Source of the DNA: an uncultured Thermoplasmatales archaeon
GTDB lineage: Archaea > Thermoplasmatota > E2 > DHVEG-1
DNA: 47,309 nucleotides
Assembly (NCBI GenBank): GCA_964473335.1
Contig: CAYYOO010000001.1
Location: 14,436 to 61,744, forward strand
Direction: 5' to 3'
Below the pieces are notes generated by a model that was given only the letters and a program-made list of their open reading frames with translations, did not search any database and was not told where the DNA came from. Below, in pieces: positions 20,435-30,718 of this stretch (the first letter of the stretch is position 1; each line of letters begins with the position of its first letter). The position numbers and the translations under genes are program-made.

Positions 20435-21162
20435 TTAGTAGTTACCCTCCACCACATAATCTTGGTTACTAATATCAACTGTGAAACTATTTCTCTGAGA
20501 TTATTTATTTTTGATTCCCCGTATTCTCTAACTGTTAAAGTGGCTGGTATTTCAGCTGCTTTGTATCCTTTGAATAAAAGTTTTGCTAGGATTTCAGCGT
20601 TTATACTAAAACCACCTTGGGGTGTTGGTTTAGGGTTTAAGTTGATTTTTTTAAGGATATCTGTTTTGTAAAGCCTGAAGATTGGTGTTACAGCAGTTAT
20701 TTTTTCACCTAATGCAATATTGTAGAGTAATCTTCCTCCATTACTCAACCATATCCTGTATTTTGGTACATCATCTGAATAACCTTTAGACAGAGCAGGG
20801 CTGCCTATTACGATGTCTACATCCTCTTTTTTGTAGCGATCAAGAAGATTTTTTATTTGAGATGGATGAAAAGTGTAATCTGAGTCTAATGTCACTGTCA
20901 TTTCGCCTTTTGCATTATCTATACCTGTTTTTATCGCAGAGGCAAGACCTTTGTTTCGTTCATGTTTAATAATTTTTATAAAGGCGTATTTTTCTTTTAG
21001 TTTTTTAAGGATTTTTAAAGTTGAATCTTTGCTTCCATCATCGACTGCTATTATTTCATAATCAAGGTTTAATTTATCTAATTCCTCTATAAGCTCCTCA
21101 GGCATTCTCTCTACATTTTTTTCTTCGTTGTAACATGGTATTATGACGCTTAATTCTACCAT
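20431..21162 (-). CDS. GT2 family polyprenyl-phosphate sugar synthase (DPM1/GtrB/ArnC-like)
   Basis: Motifs LSVIIPCYNEE, VDDGSKD and LDSDYT. I prefer the ATG at 21162 (GGGTGA SD 8 nt upstream) over the track start at 21207. ATGA overlap with the wecB start. Confidence 0.8.
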   Translation of the reverse strand: MVELSVIIPCYNEEKNVERMPEELIEELDKLNLDYEIIAVDDGSKDSTLKILKKLKEKYAFIKIIKHERNKGLASAIKTGIDNAKGEMTVTLDSDYTFHPSQIKNLLDRYKKEDVDIVIGSPALSKGYSDDVPKYRIWLSNGGRLLYNIALGEKITAVTPIFRLYKTDILKKINLNPKPTPQGGFSINAEILAKLLFKGYKAAEIPATLTVREYGESKINNLREIVSQLILVTKIMWWRVTTK

Positions 21163-21187
21163 TGCAGCATTCACCCATTTTTCTTTT

Positions 21188-21529
21188 TTATTGCATGATA
21201 AAAACAAGACCTGCTATTATCAGCAATATACCTATTATTTTGTAAATATTTATGTTTTCATTTAAATATCTTTTAGCTAGTATCACTGTCCAAACATAAC
21301 TTGTGGCAATTAATGGATAGAGTACACTTAGCTCTCCGCCTTTTAATGCAAAAACAAACATTACAGTAGCTATTGCATAAAGAAAAACTCCTATTATTAG
21401 ATATTTGTTTTTGATTAACTCTTTTATTTTAAAGGCTAGAGTATCTGAGCCTATTTTGAAACTTAATTGTCCTAATGCTCCTAGTACTGCTGCTGAGATA
21501 ACAACTGCTATAGACCATAACTCCGTCAT
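21188..21529 (-). CDS. Small 4-TM DMT/EamA-half protein, ArnE/ArnF- or GtrA-analogous flippase subunit candidate
   Basis: About 113 aa counted from the ATG at 21529, which forms an ATGA overlap with the upstream paralogue. Motifs GQLSFKIG and GGELSVLYPLIATSYVW. Confidence 0.6.
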   Translation of the reverse strand: MTELWSIAVVISAAVLGALGQLSFKIGSDTLAFKIKELIKNKYLIIGVFLYAIATVMFVFALKGGELSVLYPLIATSYVWTVILAKRYLNENINIYKIIGILLIIAGLVFIMQ

Positions 21530-21900
21530 TTTTCTCGCCCCCATCCGATTACCGACACTCCGGCGATTATCAAAATTACTCCTATCCATTTACTTATATT
21601 CATACTATCCGTGGGAAATATATATGATGAAGCAAGGCTCACCCATATGTAGCTTGTAGCAACCATAGGATAAAGTACACTTAATTCCCCTCCTCTAAAA
21701 GCAAGTATCAATATGAATAAGCCTATACCATAGCTTACTAACCCAATGATTAATGGTAAATTAAAAACCGTTGAGTATATCAGTTCACTGGATAATTCAA
21801 AGGTTATGTCCTCAACACCGAATTTGTAAAAAATTTGACCAGTAGATATAAAAACTGTACAAGGAAGCATTAAAAGAATTGCCCACCATTTTGTTTTCAT
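21526..21900 (-). CDS. Small 4-TM DMT/EamA-half protein, paralogue of the preceding gene
   Basis: 124 aa. Motifs GQIFYKFG and GGELSVLYPMVATSYIW. AAGGAG SD 10 nt upstream. Confidence 0.6.
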   Translation of the reverse strand: MKTKWWAILLMLPCTVFISTGQIFYKFGVEDITFELSSELIYSTVFNLPLIIGLVSYGIGLFILILAFRGGELSVLYPMVATSYIWVSLASSYIFPTDSMNISKWIGVILIIAGVSVIGWGREK

Positions 21901-22261
21901 TTTAGTTTAACTCCTTTTTATTTATGTAAAATATAACCTGCATATATAGTTATTATAAGTTATGTACAATATTTATATTTTTCGCTTAAAATAAAAAAAA
22001 TTCTTCGATTATATAAAATATGATAAGTAATAAAAATGTAAAAATTCAATTTAATTCTTCAAAAAAATGAAAAAAACAAAATATACAAATTAATTTTTAT
22101 TCACAAATAAAGCAAAACTATTCAACAACAAATAAAATATATAAGTTTTATATCTATAATAGAATTTGATTCAAGATTTAAAAATTGCTATAATCAACAA
22201 TATTATAAATATTGGAAGCTATTTATAAATATTGTTATATATAATTTAGCGACGTGTCTTT

Positions 22262-22363
22262 ATGATACTATCAATCATCATTCCAGCATACAATGAAGGA
22301 AAAACAATTGAATCTACATTAAGAAATTATGACACCTATAGTCACCCCTTCTCCATGACATAA
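22262..22363 (+). pseudogene. Remnant of the N-terminus of a GT2 glycosyltransferase
   Basis: The ATG at 22262 gives MILSIIIPAYNEGKTIESTLRNYD, a hallmark GT2 start. It then reads unrelated sequence to a TAA at 22361. The other ~200 codons of a GT2 are missing. Confidence 0.6.
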
Positions 22364-22458
22364 ATGTCATGGCTTTCCCCTCTAGGGGAACAAAACACCT
22401 AACGGTGTTTTAAATTGTCTTTCCATGCGATTCATCCCACAAACTAAAATTTGGGGAT
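22353..22458 (+). other. GC-rich cluster of four consecutive hairpins (candidate structured ncRNA or MITE-like remnant)
   Basis: Hairpins: CCATGACA-taaa-TGTCATGG (22353-22372), TTCCCCT-ct-AGGGGAA (22375-22390), AACACC-taac-GGTGTT (22394-22409), and ATCCC(A)CAAA-ctaaaa-TTTGGGGAT (22434-22458). The flanking DNA is extremely AT-rich. Confidence 0.45.
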
Positions 22459-22552
22459 TTCTCGCTTGGGTTCATGTTAATAAAAAAAGTTACAAAAATT
22501 TAATAGAAAAATAACAATATATGTAATAATAAGATTCGAGGTAAAGAGGTAT

Positions 22553-24328
22553 ATGAAGTATTCTAATTTTAAGAATTTTATAAAAAAGAATTATTGGTTT
22601 TTGCTTAACACCAAAAAAGGTGAGATAATATCTTTGGCATTTATTTTATCCTTTTTTACAGTGATTTATTCTAAAATACTTACTTATTGTTATACTGGGG
22701 CAGATTTTTTTGGACAGATCGCAGGAAATAACAATTTAGAAAGAGCTTTGACTACACCCCTCTCCGAAGAATTTTTAGGTGATAATTGGTATAGACCCGT
22801 AGATACTATAACATTATATCTTAACTATAAAATCAGTGGTCTTGACCCTTTGATTTATCAGGCTACGAATCTTATGATTTTTATTATAGCAATGTTATTG
22901 GTATACCTTTTTTCTAAAATTGTTTTTAAAAACAAAAAAATGGCTTTATTTAGTTGCGTAATATTGGGTTTTTATCCCTTAAATATGTTTATTATCCCAA
23001 ATGTGACATTTAGAGCAGAAATGTTAATTGCTGTCTTTATGCTTCTTACATTAATTTTCCTTTATAAATTTTTAAAAACCGGCAATAGGAAATGGCAGAT
23101 TTTATCAATAATATCTGCTTTTTTACTTGTTTTATCCAAAGAAATAGCTTTTATAATGATGCCAATAATTGTCGTTATTTTTATTCTTTTTAATGATCAA
23201 AATAAGAAACTAACTTATAAAAATCTAATATGTAAAATGACACCTTACTTATTTACAATTATACTTTATTTCTCCCTTATAGCAATTTTTTTAGGTGAAT
23301 ATTATGCTAGAGGTTTGAAAGCCGGTGAAGAAGGATTGATTTATCTGTTATCAGATAGACTTATAGCTTTGGTAATATTTTTTAAAAGTATAGCTTATCC
23401 AATTGATGTATTTGGTTTAGAGTATACTGAAGTTTTTTCTTTTTCGGGTTTTAATGTTACTGGAGGATATATATTATCAGCTGTTGTTGGTTTGGTTTTA
23501 ATCTCATGGTTTGTTTTATACATTTACAAAAAAAAGATACAAATAAAGAAGATATTCTCACTAGGATATTTAAATAGAAAATTTAATAATTATGATTTTT
23601 TGATCTTGTGGATTGTTTTTTATTTATCTTTTTTCCTTTTTTATGGTAGATATGCAATATATTATAGCTATTTCACCATCGCCCCAATATCTATATTGAT
23701 ATCTTATATTTTGATTAAAAAGAACAAATCATTTAAAAAGGATTATAAAAAATGGATATTAGCAGTCTTTCTTGTTTTTTCAGTTATTATCGCCCCCATG
23801 TTTACATCATATTCTAATTATGAAGTCAGCTCTGAAACAAAAAAAGACATTGTATCAAGTGTAATAGATGCTTTTGAAAGCATACCAAATAATGCTACAG
23901 TTTATGTGATTCCTAGTTTCGGTGGAGTAAAAGGGACTGGTTATTCCGCAGGAATACCGCCTTATTCATTAAAAGCATTACTTTATTTGAAATACCCGGA
24001 TAATAGTTGGAATTTATTTCCTGTTAGTCAATTCGTGGTAGATAACGCAAATCAAGGTTTTTTATCTAATTATTCAACATACACTGATGGAAATGATTTA
24101 ATAATCACTCTAAATGGAGAAAATATTTTGTTTTATAAATATGGCAAAGAGTTACACACATTACCTATTAGAGAAAATGTCACTATCTCAGGAGGATTTT
24201 TTCCATATAATGGAAGTGGAAAGCAAACCGTTGTTATAAAAGATTTTAATAGTTTTGATTATATTTTATTTACAACTATTCAAAAGGGTATTGCCAAAGT
24301 TGAGTTAATACAAATTAAAGATGTATAA
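22553..24328 (+). CDS. GT-C fold polyprenyl-phosphate-sugar-dependent glycosyltransferase (ArnT/PMT, GT39/GT83-like)
   Basis: 591 aa with about 11-13 TM segments. The first extracytoplasmic loop is EEFLGDNWYRPVD. A soluble C-terminal domain of about 170 aa follows. GAGGT SD. Confidence 0.55.
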   Translation: MKYSNFKNFIKKNYWFLLNTKKGEIISLAFILSFFTVIYSKILTYCYTGADFFGQIAGNNNLERALTTPLSEEFLGDNWYRPVDTITLYLNYKISGLDPLIYQATNLMIFIIAMLLVYLFSKIVFKNKKMALFSCVILGFYPLNMFIIPNVTFRAEMLIAVFMLLTLIFLYKFLKTGNRKWQILSIISAFLLVLSKEIAFIMMPIIVVIFILFNDQNKKLTYKNLICKMTPYLFTIILYFSLIAIFLGEYYARGLKAGEEGLIYLLSDRLIALVIFFKSIAYPIDVFGLEYTEVFSFSGFNVTGGYILSAVVGLVLISWFVLYIYKKKIQIKKIFSLGYLNRKFNNYDFLILWIVFYLSFFLFYGRYAIYYSYFTIAPISILISYILIKKNKSFKKDYKKWILAVFLVFSVIIAPMFTSYSNYEVSSETKKDIVSSVIDAFESIPNNATVYVIPSFGGVKGTGYSAGIPPYSLKALLYLKYPDNSWNLFPVSQFVVDNANQGFLSNYSTYTDGNDLIITLNGENILFYKYGKELHTLPIRENVTISGGFFPYNGSGKQTVVIKDFNSFDYILFTTIQKGIAKVELIQIKDV

Positions 24329-24342
24329 AACTTCTTTATTTT

Positions 24343-26232
24343 TTATGATACATTATCAATAAACACAGGACCTATAAAGGCCATATATTCGTTTCCAGAT
24401 TTATCATTTTCTTCTTTAAATAAAGATGTCAAATCAGAAAAAACTTGGTTAAATTTTTTGACAAGAACGCTTCCATAACCTATGATATTAAAAGGCCCAC
24501 CTGAGCTAATTGATGAAAATGATGTTCCTAAAAAGGCCATGTCATCACTTAGATTAGGTGAAATATTGTTTTTTGCGGGTTCAAATGCTTGTCCTTGCTG
24601 CAGTATTGCTACATAATAAAAGTCATTTGGTTGAACATCAGAATCTGTAAAATTAATTACAGCCATGTTGGAGTTAGGTGTTGAATGCCCTATTATTTTA
24701 CACCATGGCCTCCCACGATCACGATCTTTTTTAACAAGCCAAATATCTTTAATTGGATAATCTAATTCATCTGACGAATATCCATATGGACACATATTTT
24801 TTCCACTACTATCAAGACCTGGAAACGTTGAATGTGCAGTAATTTGAATCTCCAATGGAGATGTACAATTTATCCATGATCCATATGCCATCTTTCCATC
24901 GAAACGGACATTTGTTCTAATCTTCAAAATTTGCGTACCATAAGTACTGCAATTATTCATTGCATCCCATATTTCACTTCTTTTATTGTGAACAGAATAA
25001 GCAGCGATAACACCTGATGGATGATTCTGTATCTGCATATTTGATCCCCCTGGTCGTGTTTCTTTATGTGTATCACTAGAGGCCATCATAACAAACTTTC
25101 TACCTTTAAGGTTTTCACTCCATTCCCACATAGCATTTTCAACCCATGTATCCTTTTGATTGATTGGATTGCCATATGGATTAGTTATTGGCAAGCCAGA
25201 AAATTTGCCTATTGCCTGACCCCAATTACTATATACTTCAGCACCTCTGATCACTTTATCTCTATCTTCTGTATTTTTTATATTTTCTGCAAGAAAACTC
25301 CAATTGCATGCAAAACTTATCTTTGAGTTGAAAAAATTTATTTGGCCTAATGGATGGTGTGGATACCCTACATTAAAATTTCCCTTATCCCATTCTTTTG
25401 CCATAGCCTCAAATATATCATCAAAAGTAAATTTTTCTAAGGACCCATAATCTTTTGCATCTGCATAAACATCTTTGTAATAAAAATTGATATGACTTCG
25501 GTCTTCATGTCCAAATGGTGACCATGGCCAACCACCAGGATGATATTCACTTTGAGAACATTCAAAACCTAGTAAAGTAGTAAAATTTCCTGGATCATAA
25601 TATTCTATTGCTGTATTTTTTACAATATCCCACTCTTTTACATTAAAAGTTTGGTCTAAAACTCCTTCTAAAGCCAGTAACTCAATATCTTGATTTTTAT
25701 CTCTAGCCCAATAGTGATTAAAAAACCCTGTGTCTAGTCTTTCTGCATGACCGCTATAGGCGGCAAAATCAAGATAGTTATCAATAATAGCATTACTATA
25801 CATGACGTCTAGTGGGTTTTTACCATCACAGAGTAATGAGTGCCAATGAATATCACCAAAATATATTCGTTTAATCTTTAGTTTAACAGTATCGGAGCTA
25901 TTTCCAAACTGGTTTTGAACATAAACAGTAAAATCAACATAGTTATCTTCAAGTGGTGTTGGCTCAGGGTCAAAAATAACAGGGTTGTCGTTATGAAAAG
26001 TATAATGTTTTGTTAGATTATTTATCGTCCAGTATTTAACAGATTCAATACCTGTGATATTACAATCAATTATGTCTCCTTCGTAGATTGTAGTATAAGG
26101 CTCTATATTTATTTTAACTGCAGGGGCTTCAAATGCTTCTGCATTTATATTTGTCATTAAGGAAATATTTGAGATAATTATCAATAAAACGGTTATGTAA
26201 ATTACAATAATTTTTTTAGATTTAATCGTCAT
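24343..26232 (-). CDS. Secreted PHP-fold / DUF3604-like metal-dependent hydrolase
   Basis: Signal peptide, an Ig-like N-terminal region, then GDIHWHS (HxH), YSGHAE and SSDTHKE motifs typical of PHP/DUF3604 proteins. Confidence 0.45.
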   Translation of the reverse strand: MTIKSKKIIVIYITVLLIIISNISLMTNINAEAFEAPAVKINIEPYTTIYEGDIIDCNITGIESVKYWTINNLTKHYTFHNDNPVIFDPEPTPLEDNYVDFTVYVQNQFGNSSDTVKLKIKRIYFGDIHWHSLLCDGKNPLDVMYSNAIIDNYLDFAAYSGHAERLDTGFFNHYWARDKNQDIELLALEGVLDQTFNVKEWDIVKNTAIEYYDPGNFTTLLGFECSQSEYHPGGWPWSPFGHEDRSHINFYYKDVYADAKDYGSLEKFTFDDIFEAMAKEWDKGNFNVGYPHHPLGQINFFNSKISFACNWSFLAENIKNTEDRDKVIRGAEVYSNWGQAIGKFSGLPITNPYGNPINQKDTWVENAMWEWSENLKGRKFVMMASSDTHKETRPGGSNMQIQNHPSGVIAAYSVHNKRSEIWDAMNNCSTYGTQILKIRTNVRFDGKMAYGSWINCTSPLEIQITAHSTFPGLDSSGKNMCPYGYSSDELDYPIKDIWLVKKDRDRGRPWCKIIGHSTPNSNMAVINFTDSDVQPNDFYYVAILQQGQAFEPAKNNISPNLSDDMAFLGTSFSSISSGGPFNIIGYGSVLVKKFNQVFSDLTSLFKEENDKSGNEYMAFIGPVFIDNVS

Positions 26233-26321
26233 GTTAGATTTTATCTTATAAGACTATATTATTTAAAAATTTTTACATTATTCTTGCCTTGATTTATGAT
26301 ATCATATCGTCTAAAAAAAAA

Positions 26322-27143
26322 TTAAATAGTTTTTTTAGGTTTTTCTTTCTTTAATATTCTAATATAAAAAAGTGTAAAAGCTATACCATATAAAGGACCA
26401 AAGAAAATTATGTTTATAATGTTTCCAATTGTAGACATATAATCAACACCGATGTCATTTAGTATCATAAAGGGTATTGTAATAGCAATTAATATCGATA
26501 TCAATATTAAAATAAAAACAAAAATCGATATAACCTTTCCTTTTGTAACACTCCAGCTTTTTTTAAAACAAGCAATAGGTTTCAATTCATCTATTATACA
26601 TATCTGAGCAAAAAAAGAAAAACGAATAGCAATATAAATCAATGGAAAGAATAGAATGATAGCAACCAACATAGATAGACATAACAATTGAAATGTAGTA
26701 GCAAAAAACACAAAACCTAATATCCCAAAAATTGGAACAGCTATCAGTAATGTACCTAAAATATTTGATACGAATAAACGAGGGAAAGTCTCTAAACCAG
26801 AGCGAAATGCATCATTGAAACTCATTTTCTTTCCTTTTTCTTGAATTACTACCTTTTTTATTAAACCACCAAGGGATATTGTAGCTACAATAAAACTAAG
26901 TAATACATATATAAAACCCAAAACCATCATTGTGAATAAGATATCTTGAAAATTGCCTGTTTGATAATTTTGCTTTTGAATAATATTTGTTAAATCAGCA
27001 CCAACCGCAATCCACATGTGAATCATAGCAAAAATAGAGATAATCAAAGGTAACAAATAAATTAGTATATATCCTGGATCTTGGATTATTGATTTAATTG
27101 AATTCTTGATTATCAAACCAATAGAGATATCTTTTTTTACCAT
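26322..27143 (-). CDS. Polytopic membrane protein (about 6 TM), family unknown
   Basis: 273-aa hydrophobic ORF. Confidence 0.5.
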   Translation of the reverse strand: MVKKDISIGLIIKNSIKSIIQDPGYILIYLLPLIISIFAMIHMWIAVGADLTNIIQKQNYQTGNFQDILFTMMVLGFIYVLLSFIVATISLGGLIKKVVIQEKGKKMSFNDAFRSGLETFPRLFVSNILGTLLIAVPIFGILGFVFFATTFQLLCLSMLVAIILFFPLIYIAIRFSFFAQICIIDELKPIACFKKSWSVTKGKVISIFVFILILISILIAITIPFMILNDIGVDYMSTIGNIINIIFFGPLYGIAFTLFYIRILKKEKPKKTI

Positions 27144-27228
27144 GTATTATTAGTATAATAGGTCAAAAGTTATTTAAATGATTCTTTAAATTACACGAAT
27201 TAAAGGTTTTATTGGAAGAAAGAAGTTT

Positions 27229-27711
27229 ATGATTGATTTTAAAAGAGTGGTTAAGACCGGGGTAGTTTCAGGAATTATAAACGGCATAATATCTGCGATA
27301 CCACTTACAATAATGATTATATTTTTGACAGATACATACCCTTCAGTTTATGAAATGGGAACCTATCAAAATGGATTTTTAATAATTTTAATTATTTACC
27401 TTGTAACAACTGGAATTGGAATTCTTATCGGATTAGTAACTGTAACAATTTTTACTTCAATATATGCCATAATTTACAAATGGATTCCTGGATCAACAAG
27501 TGTTATTAAAGGAATCATACTTGCTCTCATAGCTTGGCTTATATTATCAGTGGGGTTTGGATATACTGAACTTATTAGCAGTATGCAAAATTATTTAGCT
27601 AATATATCTGTAAGATTAATCACTTGGCTAGTTGTAGGCATACTAGTTGGAATATTTTGGGATAAATTTAAAACAGATATTTCATTAAAAAAAATATCTA
27701 TCATAACATAA
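27229..27711 (+). CDS. Polytopic membrane protein (4 TM), family unknown
   Basis: 160-aa hydrophobic ORF. Confidence 0.45.
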   Translation: MIDFKRVVKTGVVSGIINGIISAIPLTIMIIFLTDTYPSVYEMGTYQNGFLIILIIYLVTTGIGILIGLVTVTIFTSIYAIIYKWIPGSTSVIKGIILALIAWLILSVGFGYTELISSMQNYLANISVRLITWLVVGILVGIFWDKFKTDISLKKISIIT

Positions 27712-28031
27712 AACTTCGAAGAAATAGTAAAAACAAAAAAGAGAAATAAATATTCGTAAACATTTGTTTCATATAAAAATCATAGCGTAATAAAAAAAAT
27801 TGTAATCATACAACTACCGTAAAAATAGATAATGTTAAAAATCTTAGTTTTTCTCGTTTGATCAACATATATTAGTATAATGAGTATATCTATTTTAATA
27901 GTGTGTTACTAAAATAACAATTTTTACATTTTTGTTATTATGATAACAAATCTTATATATAAAAACAAATAAATAATAAAAACATTTATATTCACTTAAC
28001 CTTAACATATTTGTAATAAGGGGGTTGAAAA

Positions 28032-30581
28032 ATGAAAAAAATAATTGCAACAATTTTAGTAGTTTTTTTAATGTTAGGCAGTTTTTCAGCGATTGGAATA
28101 GAAGATGAAGACAAAAATATTAATATCCAAACTTGTGAGGAAAACCTTGTTTTTAAAGAATTGAAAATAAATGAAAAAGATAATAAAGAATATCTGGAAG
28201 TTAACATAGAAGAATCATCTGAATATATTACATCACCTGGTAAACCAATGCTTCCAAAAATTGTAAAAACAATTGAGATGCCATTTGATGCAAAAAATAT
28301 TAATGTAGAAGTAGTAACTGGAGAGATAAAAGAGAAAAAGATTTCAAAAGAGATTAGCCCTAGTCCATATATGATACCGCTTACTATTGCAACAACAAGT
28401 GCAGACACAATAAAAATTAAAGATAACAGCATATATGAAAGTAGCATTCCTTACCCGGAAAAAACTTTTAATTATGATATAAGATGTGGTCTAAATAGTG
28501 AAAATAAAAGAGTAACATTTGTAATAGTTGATTTGTATCCTGTGAGATATATTCCTTCAGACAATATTTTAAATGTTTTTGATAGCGCCACTATCAAAGT
28601 CACTTATGAAAGTAAGATTGATAATGAACTAAACTTGGAAAAAACAGAGGTAAATAAAGATATGGTGATCATCACCCCAAATATTTTTAAGAGATACTTA
28701 ACAGATCTTAGAGAACACAAAAAAGATGTTGGTATCGAGACATTCATTAAAACCACTGAAGAAATATATAGTGAATATGAAGGGGTTGATGAACCTGAAC
28801 AAATCAAGAAATTTATAAAATATGCAATAGATGAACATGAAATTAAATATGTGCTTTTAGTAGGTGGCCTAAAAAACCAGTTATATGCTAAGCCGAGAGA
28901 CAATAAAAACAAGGGTGTAAGTGGATGGTATTTACCTGTAAGGTATACAAATCTGTATGATAAACCAAAATATCCATTGAATTCTGCAGAACAAATATTT
29001 GACCCTGGCGTAATAAGTGATCTTTATTATGCTGATGTTTATGATACTGAAGATAATTTTTCAAGCTGGGATCCAAATGAGGACGGAACTTTTGCTGCCT
29101 GGGGGCATCCAAATAAAGATATTGAGGATGATCTAGGTATTGATATGGTGCCTGATGTTTATGTCGGAAGACTTGCCTGTAGGAATATAAAGGAAGTAAA
29201 AACAGTAGTTGATAAAATAATAAATTATGAAACTAGCTCTAAAGGCGACTGGTTTAACAAAATGACAGTTGTTTCAGGTGATGGCTTTTTAGACCAAGAT
29301 GATTTCAATATTACTTGGAATACAAAAGGTTTGAAAGGAGAATACACAATTTATGGGCGAAGTGTAAATGATGATGGTGAAGTAGGACCAAAAGATACAA
29401 TACATATCACAGTTGATCGCACTAAAGAAACATCTATTACATTTAACCATGATGATCATCTTAATCCTGCTTTAGATGATGGCTACCCCGCGCCACCAAT
29501 CACTGAAATCGTTTCTATTTCACCTGGTGATGTTTTAGGATATAATGATAAGACTTATACGCCGGGTGAAGGAAAAGCATATTGTAACGGCTTTAACCCA
29601 TGGGCAAATATTAGCTATGTGGATGGAGTTTTAACTATTCGTGGTAAGTCATATGATCCGCGTCCTTATGGGAACCTTACAGATATCCATATATGGATAG
29701 AAGACGAATACGGGGAGACAATTTTTTCAGAATGGAAAAATGATACTGAAATGTATTATGAAGGTGAATGGACCACTGGTGAAAAATCACTTCTTGGAAG
29801 AGGCGGAGCACTTTATTATATGCCAAGTGAATTTGAAAGAGATATTGTTTGGACTTCAAATGGAAGATTTACAGGCCGGGATGATGTAATTAATGCAATT
29901 AATGATGGTGCTGGCTTTTTATTTTTCTCAGGCCATGGAAGCCCCAATGTATGGGCTGATCATTATCCTGGAGTCCCTGGTAACAGAGGCCCTGCAAGTG
30001 TAACTGGTCTTCAGGTCACACAAATCAGCCTATTTAACGTTGGAGGATTATTTATCGGCCAAAGAAAACTTAGCAACCTTATGCCACCTTATCCTATGGA
30101 TACTTTATCAAACGGTGAAAGGCTACCTGTAACAGTAGTTGGAGGATGTCATAACAGCCAATTTAATGTGTCTATGATACCAGGATTTTTAGAAGGCTTT
30201 CAATACATCTTTAAAAATCTTCACCTGTTTGACAATTTATATATGTGGTGCCATGGAACTGCTGTACCAGAGTGTTTTAACTGGCGTCTTGTAAGAAATC
30301 CGAATGGTGGATCAATTGCAAGTATAGGTAACACTGGCCTTGGTTATGGTATGCCTGGAAAAGAATTGACAGTAGGTGGCGGAGATGGTTGGATCACAAT
30401 AGAATTTTTCAGACAATACGGTGAACACAATCAAACTTTCTTAGGGGATGCTCATTCACAGGCCATAAATACATATATACAAACCCATGATATGAGCGAC
30501 TTTGAAGCAGGGCACCCAAAAAGCGTACAGCAGTGGGCTTTATTAGGTGATCCTTCTCTTAAAATAGGTGGTTATGAATAA
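28032..30581 (+). CDS. Secreted cysteine peptidase, family C25 (gingipain-like, clan CD)
   Basis: Signal peptide and a C25 propeptide-like N-terminus (SPGKPMLPKIVKTIEMP). Also YVLLVGG, the catalytic-His motif FFSGHGSPNVW, the catalytic-Cys motif VTVVGGCHNSQF, and terminal ALLGDPSLKIGG. AAGGGGG SD. Confidence 0.75.
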   Translation: MKKIIATILVVFLMLGSFSAIGIEDEDKNINIQTCEENLVFKELKINEKDNKEYLEVNIEESSEYITSPGKPMLPKIVKTIEMPFDAKNINVEVVTGEIKEKKISKEISPSPYMIPLTIATTSADTIKIKDNSIYESSIPYPEKTFNYDIRCGLNSENKRVTFVIVDLYPVRYIPSDNILNVFDSATIKVTYESKIDNELNLEKTEVNKDMVIITPNIFKRYLTDLREHKKDVGIETFIKTTEEIYSEYEGVDEPEQIKKFIKYAIDEHEIKYVLLVGGLKNQLYAKPRDNKNKGVSGWYLPVRYTNLYDKPKYPLNSAEQIFDPGVISDLYYADVYDTEDNFSSWDPNEDGTFAAWGHPNKDIEDDLGIDMVPDVYVGRLACRNIKEVKTVVDKIINYETSSKGDWFNKMTVVSGDGFLDQDDFNITWNTKGLKGEYTIYGRSVNDDGEVGPKDTIHITVDRTKETSITFNHDDHLNPALDDGYPAPPITEIVSISPGDVLGYNDKTYTPGEGKAYCNGFNPWANISYVDGVLTIRGKSYDPRPYGNLTDIHIWIEDEYGETIFSEWKNDTEMYYEGEWTTGEKSLLGRGGALYYMPSEFERDIVWTSNGRFTGRDDVINAINDGAGFLFFSGHGSPNVWADHYPGVPGNRGPASVTGLQVTQISLFNVGGLFIGQRKLSNLMPPYPMDTLSNGERLPVTVVGGCHNSQFNVSMIPGFLEGFQYIFKNLHLFDNLYMWCHGTAVPECFNWRLVRNPNGGSIASIGNTGLGYGMPGKELTVGGGDGWITIEFFRQYGEHNQTFLGDAHSQAINTYIQTHDMSDFEAGHPKSVQQWALLGDPSLKIGGYE

Positions 30582-30718
30582 ACCATCTTTAACATTTTTT
30601 TTATAATTTTTATTAGGCACATTTTTAATAACAAAATAGTTTTTAAATTCAGGTGATATAACTTTGAAAATATTATTAAAAGAGATATTTTTTATAAAAA
30701 AAGTAAGAGAGGTATTTT

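Noticed and set aside
21900-22260. A 360-bp extremely AT-rich stretch with a 12-nt direct repeat (TTATAAATATTG at 22203 and 22223), considered as a possible replication origin
   Set aside because: I could recognise no ORB-like repeated boxes, and there is no orc1/cdc6 gene nearby. A short AT-only repeat is expected by chance at this composition. It is more likely promoter or spacer DNA.
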